Of a stretch of 64,000 nucleotides of DNA, positions 39,282 through 53,000 are shown piece after piece. Origin of the DNA: Takakia lepidozioides. Its lineage: Eukaryota > Plantae > Bryophyta. Under the pieces are notes generated by a model. The model did not search any database, was not told where the DNA came from, and was given only the letters and a program-made list of their open reading frames with translations. The stretch spans positions 8,122,001 through 8,186,000 of the forward strand of contig CM060731.1 in assembly GCA_030704615.1 (NCBI GenBank), written 5' to 3'. The first letter of the stretch is position 1; each line of letters begins with the position of its first letter. Made by a program: the position numbers and the translations under genes.

Positions 39282-41037
39282 TAGAAACATATAGATCACA
39301 TCTCATCGCTTCCAACAGATGGAGATGTGTAGTCTCACTTTCACTTGTGGAAGTCCACTCCTTGAGAGCAGGCAAATACATCCTTTAAGTAGCTTGAGAT
39401 CAAATAGAACACGACACGAAAGTGCGACAACAACGACAACAAACAACAACAACAAAAAAACTGACAAAAGCTTCATTTCTATGGTATTTATTCTCCAGAC
39501 CCTTGCAATTTAGATATTACAACACACCCTTGTTATTTCAACGTTTCAGTTTGACTATTTTGTTGACTATTGTCACTTTTTACTGTTCCAACCATTCCTT
39601 TGTCAAAAATAATATTAAAATATTCCACATAGTACACGATAGTGAAATATTTTCACTATGTTTGGGCCGTAATTATAGATGTAGTGAGAGACTTTGACTA
39701 CCTAAATCAATTGACTGACACAACCATTTAAACAATGACACGTGTAAATGCGATATATAAGTTATATAACACTATATATGTGGATAAATAAGCAATAAGA
39801 TATTTAACTATCATTTCACTAACCCAACACATTAACAGTAAAATAATCGTCTGTTGGTTAAGGTTAGTGAAACAAAACAACTATATTATCGACAGTAGTC
39901 AGTTTTTAGTGAAGTGACAGTGAAACTCATTTATGGCCATCAAATTTAACTTCTGCATATTGGATGAATGTATGAACGAATGAAAATGCAAACGCACTGT
40001 TGGCAACGGCCTCGATGTACACTCTGCATGTGAAGAACCATGGGTATTGTGGAAGGGAGGCATTGCAATGACTAGGTGGGGTATGATAGTGAGCCCTAAG
40101 TCTGTTCCCCTAAATTACGTCAATCAAGAGGCCCATGTGTGAAGAATTGAAATCGATATACTAAAATGAAGTTGGATGTTTGTTTAGTTATAAAAGAATG
40201 TCTGGTACATGAATGAACTAATGTTTGAAAAATATTGTAAACATGAACAAAATGAGCAACAACATAATGTGATTTAGAGATTGGAATTTGGTGAAAGAGT
40301 TAGAAGTTTCTATTAATACTTTTGTACATACAATTATATATTGAAAAAACCAAGTTTTTTTCCATGAATTTATTGAGTAGTAATATATCGTAATCATTGT
40401 CCCAGGAAAGCCTACATTGCTATTTTTCACGAATTTCCAATCAAAAGTACTTGAAATTCAATATCTCCCACACCCACATTGTAGGTCCAAAAATGATCAT
40501 GAGACCAAACCGGTGCACCCCTCGGCTTTTCAACGGTATCAAGCACTAGGGCTGGGCAGCCCGCCATTTGGGAGATCTCAGTGCTAAAAAATTAAACAAA
40601 ACTAACTAACTAACTACATTGCTCCAATATTGATAACCATAGCGACGACTTTATGCATTATGTAGTAACCTCCGGGTGGTGGTTAAGGAAAGTGCACCTG
40701 GCAATGTTCTTGACGGTTTCTTGTCCACAAGAGAGTGTGTGTGTGTGTGTGTGTGTGCATATGTGTGGTATTTCTGGTGTCTAACTCCGAGTTCCTAGTA
40801 TCCATTCAACTAAAATGTTCATTCAATGACAGCTTCAATCGAGCTTCACATTTCATTCGGATTCAGTCCCAGCTTTGTCTGAAATCAAATTAGTATCTGT
40901 AATCTCTGATTTCTTATACACTTGCTTTCAACATTTATAATAATTTGCACTTCCCAGTTCTATTCTGATGTTACGTTTGATAAAGGGTCTTGCAATTTCT
41001 CCGTGTCAGAAGAAATATAACTGAGACGTATGCAAAG

Positions 41038-44000
41038 ATGCGAACAATTATGCCTTTCATGCAGAGGAGTCGAGGCCATGCAGCCATAGTTCAGATTGCC
41101 TCTAATCAAGTTGTCATTTCCTCTTTTGATTCTTTTGTACGTGATGTTTTCCTTGATTTCACTTTTATCACTTCCCAGGAACGTTGTAACTGTGATAGCA
41201 ATCTATGTGATTTGTTATTTTGTGGATTTGAAAATGAGAGACTAATACAAAACCGTAATCAGACTACATTGGTTTAGCGACTGACCAAAGGCGACCTGAT
41301 CACGGTGGCATCTTACCAGCCTTAGTCTCCTCATCCCGTTAATGTCAGCCGGACTATCCCAAAATTGTGATGTTTGATTTCCGAGCGTTTTGAGACAACA
41401 GAAAGCCAAATTAATGTATATTTTAACCCATATGGTAACCATGGTTGAGGTTTGATGCTCCCCCACGCGCAAATCTAATGCTAAGAGATGCCCATGGAAG
41501 TGAAGCTGTATCTTAGTCATAAAATGCGCTGTAAAATCACGGGAATAGCTGGTGGTGGTTTCCGGTCTTCAAGAGGAATCACTCGTTGCCTCAAATACTT
41601 CATAAAACAAAAATTTCCGTGGTATGATCTCAATTTTAGCTGCAAATCAACACCATAGATCTGCAGCATAGACACGTTGGCTCACCTCCGCTCACCTAGT
41701 TATTATGGACCAATTTTGTGACTATCACACTGATTAGAATGTCGACTTAATATGAGAACTTGTAAACAGACTGGCGAAGGGAAAGTACCGAAGTGAAGTA
41801 CTACTGTATCGAAATACACTGGAAAATGTCAGACTACAGACAGATAAGCAAGAGGAAGATATCAGAGGTCATAAGTTAAGGGAGGCAAAGAGGGGAACAT
41901 GCTGACATGTACGAATTTGTTATCACATGAAGACAGTCACAAACATGCTTGGGGTTCGGTTTCTTGGCAGAATACAAAGGTGTTGTCTATAGTATCAGCC
42001 ATCAAAGGTGTGGACGTGTGGGCCACGCACTTTCTGATTTGGAGCCTCACAGATGCAGAAGTCTACGAGGTTGGCTCATCTAATGGTACCTCTTTTACTA
42101 ATTTCATCAAGTTTGTAATATATTTGTAGGAAGTAGTCACTTTAGTTTGTAAGAGGTGTTGCATACAACATTGAAACCTGAATGCGTATGTCTTTGTGGG
42201 ACACATTTTGACATTGGTTCCAAAATAAAACAAAGCATCAACTTGACAGAAATTTCAAGAAGAGATCGCATCTAGGACACGAAGCTCGTTGGGACCATTG
42301 TTCTATCCTTTAGTGCTGGTATGAGATTCAACTCACAGGATGTCAGACCACCATATTTTGCTGGCAGAAATCTGCCCTGCAAATTACCTCAACACCTTCA
42401 GCCTCGGCATACAAATGATCAAAATTATTGTGACAAAGACTGAGCTCTAGACTTGTGGATCATCCACTAGAACCCTGGTTCACTCAATCGGGTCCACATT
42501 TGCAGCTAATCACTACTATGGTTAATCGTAATTTACTGTTCTGATACTGGTTTTACAACAACTCTTGTTGTCCAGTTGCCACAAGGTATTGCCAGCACTT
42601 ATTGTGCTAAATGCATTAGTTTTCCTTACTGTGGTTAAGTTGTGCTAGTGACAGATTTAAGGGTAAGAAATTAGAGCCACTTCTGCATTGGGAAGCACCA
42701 CAAAAAATGTGGATGTGTGCAGCGTTGCTGAAGTTAATACAAGTCTTATGATATGCCAGAGTCGGATGATATGGTCTACTTTGTGCCGTTGGATGTCAAT
42801 TTCTTGATTCGATGTGATCACAGGGGTTCAACATGTGGCCAAATTTCCAATTGCAGAGGGTGCATTTCTGGCTATCCACAAGGACTCGATCTTCCAGACT
42901 GATGAGGCAGGAGTAAAGATGTTGTCATTAGAGGTACTTTTTTTTGCATTTATTCTTAGATGCACAGGGTTTCATTGAGCCTATGGTGAACAGATTAAAT
43001 TATTTTCTTTTTAGTTGTGAGTCAGGATTCCCCTCTGGATAGAATTCAAGATCCCCCTGTATGTGATATGAACTCTTCCTCTCACATCATTCAGGGCCCA
43101 TTAGAGCCACAATAAGCTCTTGTAATACTCCATTATACATGCTATTGTCCATGTGAAAGTGGGACATTCAATGAGGAACAGAGTGAACCAAGCTTTAGGA
43201 ATCCTAGTTTATAGACATATAAGTTGTGCCTCAATAACGCTTCCTTAACATCTCTACAACATGATGGCAGGGTAATCTTAAACAGATGCTGAAGGTGGAA
43301 GAACTGCAAGGCAAAGCTATTCATCTGGATGTTTGTGAGGACTTTCTTGCAATGGTATTCCTTCTAGTTTATCATGTTGACGCCAATCTTTCATTGTCTT
43401 TCATCTATGCACCCTATCTACTTTGTCGCACTGGCCATTGGGGCCCTTTGCAGACGTTATTAAGTTTCTTCCCTCAGTGGTTAGTGGAGCAACTTCAGCA
43501 CCAAAAATACATTTGGCTCTATTCATCACACCAACTGGATCTTGGTGTATGACTGTAGAATCTTATTTCACTGCAGGTAACAGAAAACGGCTATATTCGC
43601 ATGTGGAAAATTGATGGTCCAGATGCCAAAAGACATGGCTCACGGTCAGGCCGGAAAGTCAGCAAGCATATTCTAACCTTTTTGTCAAGGCTTGAAATAG
43701 CTCTTAGGAGAACTGGTTTAGAGAATATATGGTTTGGGATCATGGATAATGTACAACAAACTCAATTAGTTGAGAAACCATATGTTACTTTCACATGGAG
43801 TTTCAAGCATGGGCACATTTATGGCTTATGGAATAATGGAAAGCTATGAAAATATAATTATGATTAGCCTTTTCAGTTGTGAAGCAGACCACAGTTGTGG
43901 CTCTTATACTGGCCAGAGTGACATAATCTTTTGTGTATTGATCATTAACTTTTAAGTCCAATATGAGCAACTGTCATTTTAGCTCCATCTCATGGCAATT

Positions 44001-47000
44001 GCCATGTGGAAATCTGCTTGCCAGTAGCTGAAAGTATTTTCCGTGGCAAAGGTGAAGATATAGCTGTATATGGGTCTTTGGCCATAACGTCCAAGGCCAA
44101 TACATGTGGAAAGAAGATACTGCATGTAGAGGCTTCTTAGTTCATTTGCTTCCATGATGAAGATGGTGCTTTACCTTAGGCATGCTAGTAGACATCTAAG
44201 CATGTATGTCATCGTTGATATCTTACCTAAAATGAATCAGGTTCTAAGCCAGAACAAGAGCACAAATTTTATGTGGGTGAGCATTAATTGTGGCCGGTTT
44301 CCAGGTGTTTGCGACCCTAGGCAGATGCCGTCTCCCATTTGTTGCTTAACCGCTGCACAATCTACTGATATTTTATGAGAATCATGGAGAAAACATGACG
44401 TTCATGATATCTGGCTGGTTTGTGCAGGTGGTCACTGACAATGAGGCACCAGGAAGAATTGAGTCACTACGTTGCAGCTGCGATGGCAGCAAATTGAGCT
44501 TTCTGGTTAGGACCTCTGATAGTGATGGTCTGGATCCGCGTGTGTTTGTATATGACACACTACTGGACAAGTTTTTCATCTATGACTTCAGGTTTGAATA
44601 TCCTCCTATCCACTGCACGCCTTTTTTTTTTAGATTAATCAAAATTTCCATGAAGTGTGGTTTTTAGGTGCTTTATGAAAATCTAGAGGCAGTTTCCCCT
44701 CCCTCGGCGTAAGAGTTTATACCCCTAATTGGTAGATGGTGAGATCTTCTCCCCTTGGCACATTGCATATATATTATATGTTGATAATTTAATCTATCAC
44801 TCCACATCTCGTTGTATGTTCATAGGCCTGCAAACAGAAGACCTATCTCACATTGTTGGGATGGAGAGGAATCTATGATTCTTGCATGCGAAACAGTCCC
44901 AGTACGTCCACACTCTCACTCTGGGCTTCCTGTGTATGTAAGAGAAACAAAACTCCTTTGTTTGCTCTCTGAAATAGTTCTTGGTATGTTCGACTCCATG
45001 CCACTAGCCCTCATGGCCCTCTATGAATGTTATAAGGTTTCTTTCTCGCATTTTTGCTGGACAAAGTATCATTTCCTTTTTCTTTTGTCTCCCATACTAT
45101 GAGATTCAAGGTAGATAATACTCTCTTTAGAGACTCCAGTCCTTGGCAGAGGCCTTCAGCTTTGAGGACCTGAAGTGTCTTGCAGCCTACCTTCATGAGC
45201 CACTATTTGGCATCCTTTGATGTATAGCGAAGCACTTTCTTCATTTCTATTTTTCACATGGGCCCTAAGGGCCCATGTGGACATTATAAAGTTTATTTCA
45301 TTCTCACACAAAGGTCTTCCATTACAAGGATTAGAGATACCTGGGGGCATACGCTCCACCTTAAGCTCTATAAGCTTTACGCGGAGTTCTAAAGCACCAT
45401 TTCATTTCATTTCTTCTTTGAGCTTTCCGTGGACATTACACAAAATTATTTCATTTCATTTCTTTCATGAGGCTCTCAAAACTTTGAGAATCTTTCGGTA
45501 TTAAAGAGTAGCATTTTGGGCTTCATTTTGGGTCCCATTTTTTTCCTTATTTCTATCTATCTTTATTTTGTCCCACACGCTCTTTGAGCTTTCCATGGAC
45601 ATTATGAAGTTATTATTGCCTCTCATTTTAGATTAGATTAATAGTGTCTTGAATGCACGAGTGTGAGGCCTGTGGGCCCCACCACATCCAAATAAGGGAT
45701 CACACCCCCACCATGCCCAGGTCCACGCCCTAGGGTCCGCCACTACTTATGGGGGGAGACCAGAGAGGGTATGTTGCCTTACCCCAGACCTAGATTTTTT
45801 TTAGAGACTTTATGCGTTTTTTCAAATTCAAAAATTATTGATTTAGTTACATCTCAACATATCATACCATCATGCAAGAATTGAACCCAGGACCACCACA
45901 CTTACAACGTGATTGCACCTAACCACTGGGATACCTGCCACTTTTTCTCAGCCTTCAAACTTTTATTGCTTTATTCTATACTAGGGTAGCCTGTGCCGTT
46001 GGCCCAAGTGTCTAGTGTTATCAGCTAAGTCCAACTGCAATCCCCTATTTATCCAAGAGCGTCTCCTATGTCGAGGCCCAAGTGCAACCTCTAGGGACGT
46101 AGCCTGTGAAATCTAAGACCAAGTGCAATTTCCTATGTATCTAAGTGCATCTTTTGTACGTGTAAAGGCCCAAATGTCCACTGTCATCTAAGCCCAAGTG
46201 CAATCTCCTATGTATCCAAGTGTGTCTCCTATATATGTAGAGGCCCAAGTGCGACCTCCAATGTCTAATGTCATCGAAGTCCAACTGCGTCTCCTATGGA
46301 GGCTTCATATATAGATATATCTCATATCGAGGCTTCATATATTGATATATCCCATCGCCCACTTTGCTAATTTATTTCTTTTCATGAATTTCCCGTGACC
46401 AAAAACACTTCTCCCACATGAAGGGCCAATCATTGCTCTAGGAAAGCCCATTTTGCGACCAAACGTACTTGAATGCATCTTCCACACCGTAGGTCCAAAA
46501 ATCATCATACCAAGCCGGTAGATTAATATCGTCTTGAATGCATCACGGGGCCCACACATGGTGGGGCCTGCAAATAGGAGGGGGTCATCCCACCCGGCCC
46601 ATGGGTCTGGAGGGATGGTCTCCTCATACCCGACCGGCAGACCCGCGGGAGGGCCTCTCCTTAGGCCACCTATCCCAAGGTGCAGGCATACGCTATTCCA
46701 AGGTCGAAATCGATATATGAAGCGAGACGTTTGTTTGTTTGTTTGTTTGTTTGTAGCGTCGTTAAGATCTCCCAAACAGCGGGGCCCCAGCTCCGGTGTT
46801 TGGTACCATTGGAAAGCCCTAGATGAGGAGGGGTAAATGCGAGGCGTTATTATTTATGTGGCTCTGTGTCATGTTTTTTCTTGCTTCTTTAAGTCCCTGG
46901 ACCATGAGGGAAGCGGGGGAGGTGAGGAATAGGGCTATGCACTATTTTAAACTTTCTTTTGGTCCAGTAATGACTCCGAATGTTCTGTGGATGTAAAAAC

Positions 47001-50000
47001 TTTCTCTGGAAGGCAGTAGCCCTTGTGGTGAAGAAACACCATGAGTTACGCTTCCTTCGGGAGACGTCATAGTTTCTCTGCAGGCTGCCTTCTTCCCTGA
47101 TGAGATGTTCTGATTGAGCGCTTGTTCAAAAAAGCCACATCCAAGCCCATGGAATTGGGGCTTCAATTGTGGTCATGCCTCCCTTCCAATCTCCCAAAAC
47201 TCTTCCTACCTCCAGCACACTCATCTGTGCACACATTTTGTTCTTCCTCATGGTCTTTAACTTTTATATGTTTGAGTTGTCTTTATTGCATCAGTCACAA
47301 GTCAAGCTTTATGGTTTTTTTGTTTTTTTTTGGGTGGGGGATAGCCATCATTTAGGTATACAAGCATGATTGTGTACATGTATTCAACATAGATGCATCA
47401 AACTGGTGGGCTGTGGATTCTAATTCAGCACACAACTCTTTGTAATGAGGGGGGTTTCACATTGTTGTTTTACCAATCATACGAAAGATGGAACAGGTGG
47501 ACGAAAGTGACGAGCTTCCGGAGAAAATGGCAGCAGTTCAAGTCACGACATTCTTTGCAACAGCTGATAATGGGATTCTCCCTCATGATAAGGTCTCTCT
47601 AATGGATTTTGTGGTGAACATTCTGAATTCTTGGCTTAGGAACTTTAGTTATGGGATAAAGATGAAGAAGGAAATAAATGTTCAAATGAGCAAAGCTTTG
47701 TCCTCAACCAAAAAAATCTTATTCTTTTCACGATAACCACCAGTGTTGTGATTTCCAAAGTAAGCAAAGTAGCTCACTTTTGACCCCTTCATGCTATATA
47801 GTGATACTGAGGTTTCATGAAGGAAAACTGATTTGCAGGGGTTTGTGGGTGTAGTTCGTCAATTTCTTAGATGTGTGTTAAGGAACATGCCTCAACAACA
47901 GATTGATACATTCTTTGCATTGTCTGCGGAAGCATGGAGAATGTAGAAATTGTAGTACTATATTTGTTTCTAACAGGTTTACAGGTGGATAACAGTTGGA
48001 GCTTGATGATCCAAAGCTGAGGCTCCTCAATGTTTTTGTTCCATATCTTTATTTATACTCAAAGCCAAATACCCATGCACAAGAGGTTGCAGCTGTTGCG
48101 GTGGTCGGCTCCTTTGAGAAGAGAACGTTACGTGATTTTGTTGGCATGGTAAGAATCATCCTTAGGTCTTTGACTTATTACAAACAGGATCTGTGATGCA
48201 CAAATGTTCAAACAGTGCATTGTGAAGGTTTCACATGTTTATGGATCAAAACACATGAAATTTTGTAGGATCTTCAAACTGTAGCCTGCTTGATGTTTCC
48301 AAATTACCCCAACGCACTACCATCCAATTTGATTAAGGATGGAGCCTTCAACTTGCCATTGGTAGATCATGTATAAATCCTGGCTCCCTCGTCCAGGTAT
48401 TTCTCTTCACACATGATGACTTGTTCACCAAAACAAACATCTCTATTGAATAGGAGGAAGTGGACCCAAAAACAAAGGGGACATTGGTGAAGTTCAGCTA
48501 CAACCTCTTGCTGGGGAACATGATTGAAGCTTACAACGCAATGCAACGAATCAAGGACAGAGACATATGGGCTAATATAGCTGGCACTTGTGTGAAATCC
48601 AAGGATGTTGATATTGCTGTCTACTGCTTTGCCAATATGGACTGTGCTTCAGCAGCATCTTTTGTTACCACTGCTAATGAAGACCTGGTATGTGTTGTCT
48701 ACAACATGACTTTTATGACATGTGTTGCAGCTTGCCAGATGTCAAAATCCAAGACTATTGAATTCAATCAGGAAACAAAGAGCAATGGCATTTTGACCAT
48801 TTCTTGATTGTTGTAGGAGGAAGATGCAAGGGTAGCAGCCATAGCCATCCAACTAGGGCTCCTGGATGATGCAGAGAAGCTATATATTGATTGCCAGCGT
48901 TATGATCTTCTTAACCAGCTGTATCAGGTAATCACACTACTCTAGCGGATTCTGCACGGCAGTAACATATTGTTCCACCCACCTCTCTGTTTTATATTCA
49001 TTAACACGGCATTGCTTTTATTACTATCAACCTCCAAAGAAAAATGTGATGAACATGTGAAAAAACAACACACTTCACTTGTGAAGAAAGAGTGCAAGTC
49101 TTAGTATGCTCCCACATTTCTACATACGTGGTTGTTGAGCACTGGTTATGGTAGTTACTCAACTCAATAAAACTATGATCCAGTGGATGTGGGTTTTCAA
49201 GCTTTAGTTTTCACCTTTTGCTTATGCTTCAGCAATTGCACGACGTGGTTGTCAGTTTCTTTGGTTTTACCTTTTAATATGTATTTTAACATTCTTTAGT
49301 ATAACGTTCTATTTCACGTGCCATAATCGAACACTTTTTGGTGGTAAGTTGGTTGGCTATTGTCTAGCAGGCCTATGGTTCCTGTGAAATTTTGGAATGC
49401 AACTTTCAGCCAAGATGACAAAATATCATTTTGATTTGTTTTCAAAGCTTACATCATGGTATGTTAGTATCTCCTTCAGTCTTAATGTGTGCAGACATGT
49501 GGGGAGTGGGAGAAAGCAATTGAAGTAGCTTCAAAGTATGACCGAGTGCACCTAAAAAACACACACCATGCCTATGCCAAGCACTTGGAGGCTATTGGCA
49601 ATACCAAAGATGCCATCCACCACTACGAAGTTTCGGTCACCCACAGGTAATGACCTAGAAAATGATGAGTCTCAGGGGTCCTGGGTGGTGGACATGATTT
49701 TGTCTATTCTGGAACAATATTCCACATCCCTAGAAACCCTTTCTCCTTTGCCAATTCCCAGCAGCCGAAGTCCACATCCTTCATAACTTGCCAAGCTTGA
49801 AGGACAACCATTTAGCAAAATGTGTGCAACATTACGATCCTGAAATTTAATGTGTGCACATATCAAAAAGGTTATCTCTCTCGATAATGCCTCTCTTCCA
49901 AATGCACATGAAAATTTCTTTGCCATAGCCACACAAGTTTTGACATGGCTGGCCAAGCTTTTTCTTCCGTGTTTGGGTCGAGTCTGTCCGATAATATTCA

Positions 50001-53000
50001 CCACGTCTGTGCAACTGACATTGATAATGCCTTATTAGTGTAGCGGACACCACCAGCTGGATCTAATTCATGTGTTCACTACATGAAGCAATTGATGGGT
50101 TATGCAACTCCGGTTCTGAGTTGATAATTCCATGACTTGGTAACCTAGCTGCTCAATATGTTATTTTTATGTGCATAGTTGCATTTCATTGACATGAGTA
50201 ACATCTTTCCCGAACCCCCTACATGTGCATTAAATGCTGCAATGATGTCCAAAAATGGTGGTAATATAGCTGAAAATTATTTATCACTAATTTTTTAAAT
50301 AGAAAATAAAGGTACTAGCTGACAATGTGTAGTATGGTTGAGTTGACCACACATACCATTTCGCTTCATAATGGAATGTCTCAAAGATGGATGTGGGCAT
50401 GCAGGTATGAGGTTCCTCGAATGTTGTACTCAGTGCAGCAGGTAGAAGAGCTCCAAGACTACATCGACAATAGCTCTGATCCTGCCCTGCAGCGTTGGTG
50501 GGCCCATTTTTGTGAAGCGAATGACCTTCTGCCTGAGGCAATTGAGTACTACACTGCTGTATGTAATCCCTCTGGTGGAAACATTTCAGCCATTATCATT
50601 CTTCACCATAAATCTTTAGGCCCTCTTAAAATTTCTTTCTAGTCACTTTTTTTTCATTAATTATTTAGTCTTGCACCATCATATGCTTGGTCATCATGAG
50701 TGTATCACAATGTGGTGAGATCCACCATAGTGGCTGGGAAAGAGGGATGCTAAAGCGTGAGTTTGGAAGCGTCAGCTTGCGAGCCTAGCCAAGCTCACGT
50801 GAGCCTGACTATGAGGGCCTAATACCGCGGAAGACATGCCTATAACCGCGGATATAGGCCCCCACATATAGGAGGATGACACAAATTAAAATATAAAATA
50901 CAACCCAAACTCCAACATTGAAGGACGTAAATTTATGGGTGATGACGTCTGCAATTCAAGACGGCTCCAACCAAAACAAAAATAGAATAAATAAAATATC
51001 TCTTTATTTTTTATTTAACTTTTTCTTGGTGGGAAGGGAGGGGATGGATAGACCTCCAAAAATGTGGTCGTTGATGACCGCAATTTAGGATGACTCCCAA
51101 CCACCTTATATATATATATATATGTTCAATTATTTTTTCAAATTATTTTTGGGTGGGATAGCCCTCCAAAAATGCGGTCGTTGATGACCACAATTCAGAG
51201 CGGCTCCCACCTATAGTTCCCAGCACAAGCAGGGCATAGTCGGTCTTCACATTGTAGATTGTTGCACCTATTAGTCTCTATTAACAGACTGTGGGAGCCC
51301 ACCCTCAACCTCCTCAATGGCCTTAGAAGAGAGGGTGATAGAGCTGTAAACAGGTAATTAGGCCGCAAGATCCTATTGTCACGGAGAAACAAGAATGTCT
51401 CCCAATTGTAGAGTGGTTGTTTTCCATGTCCGTCTGATGTGCAGTTCTATAAGTTCTTTTCTTATGCATCTATTGGGACATCAGTTTGTTTCAACATTTT
51501 TAAATTATATTGGGGATTTGAAAAAATTGTCATTTTTTTTCCCACTTAGTGTACTAGAAGGTCAGAGAAAGATACTACTGTCACTGCAAAGACTGCTCAT
51601 CCTTACAGATGTCTTCACCTGCAATTATGAAAAATAAGTGCTTAGCAGCATCATACCCAAGGCATGCTTAGGATTCAACATGAACTATCAAGTTTGCTTC
51701 TTTTGCTTATCTCCAAAGTCGAGTGGGAAGCATTGTGAGACATCGATAGTACCGTACTCTTTTTCCCTTGGTTGGTTGCTCTATCAAGGTTTGTAATACG
51801 TTGATATCTTTGAGTCTCTCTAAGATGAAAAGTGTTATAAGTCATTTACGATTTTGGATTTATTGTTAGAAATGTTTGTCTGACCACTGATTCACATGTT
51901 CGATGTTATAATCATGCAGGCTGGAGACATTTCGTCTTTGGTGCGAGTGTATTGCTATCAAAATGAGTTCGACACTGCTGCAAGTATTGTGACTATTACT
52001 TTAGATGCTGCAGCAGCTTTCCATTTGGGGCGTCAGGTATCTTTCTATAATAACAAAAAAAAAAATTAGTTTTATTTATAAGAACTAAGTATTGTGTGAG
52101 CAAGTTCACTTTCTAACAGCGAGAAAGCTGTTGCAACTTACAGATGAGTATTCTAGCCTCTAGTATGAGGAAGTGGTTCTTTGGCTCATTTGTTACTACG
52201 ATAGTATGGCCGTGAGATTTTGAGACTGGGGCAGATTGAACATGGAGGCCGTCCATAGGGCCCTCATGTTGCGGTTTTAGGCAGATGTTGGCACCTCTGG
52301 ACTGCGTAACACTGCAGTCCACTGCCTCTTGTTCTACTTTGTCTCATGGGCCTCAATGTCCCTGTGGACGTTATAAAGTTTCATCTTTTTTCTTCTCACT
52401 CTTCAGGCTTCCAATGGCCATGATAAGCTTATTTATTATCGTTCTATCCAATAAGGCCTTATGTTGACATCATCAGTCATGTTTACCTTTTCCCCTCTTT
52501 CCCAGATAGCAACTGATCAAATTTAAATGTACAGTACGAGAAAATAGGTGACATTGCTCAGGCCATACATTTCTTCACAAAGGCAGGGAAATCGACATAT
52601 GCAGCTCAGCTTGCCATGAAGCATGGTGTCGATAATGAACTCCTCTCCTTGTCTCTTCAGGTAAGGTCAAGGGAGCTGCAACTATTTGGGAACGCCTCTG
52701 CATAAATTTTGGAATTCAAATGAGATTTCATGTTTTTTCTTAAAAGTTGCACTTCTACTTGAATCGTTGAATGAGTACTTTTTGGTCTCTACTGAACATC
52801 TTATCACTTCTACGGTGGTTCTGTTTGCAAATCCGGACCAGAGCACAAAGGAGATGATGTTATCATCTGCAAGGTACTTTGAGGGAAAGGGCATGCATGA
52901 AGAAGCAGTGCTACTATATCAAAAGGTAGAGGAAATGGTTCTATGAGTTGCATGCTGACATAGTACCTTCTCAATCAATTAGATCAAATAAAACACTCAA

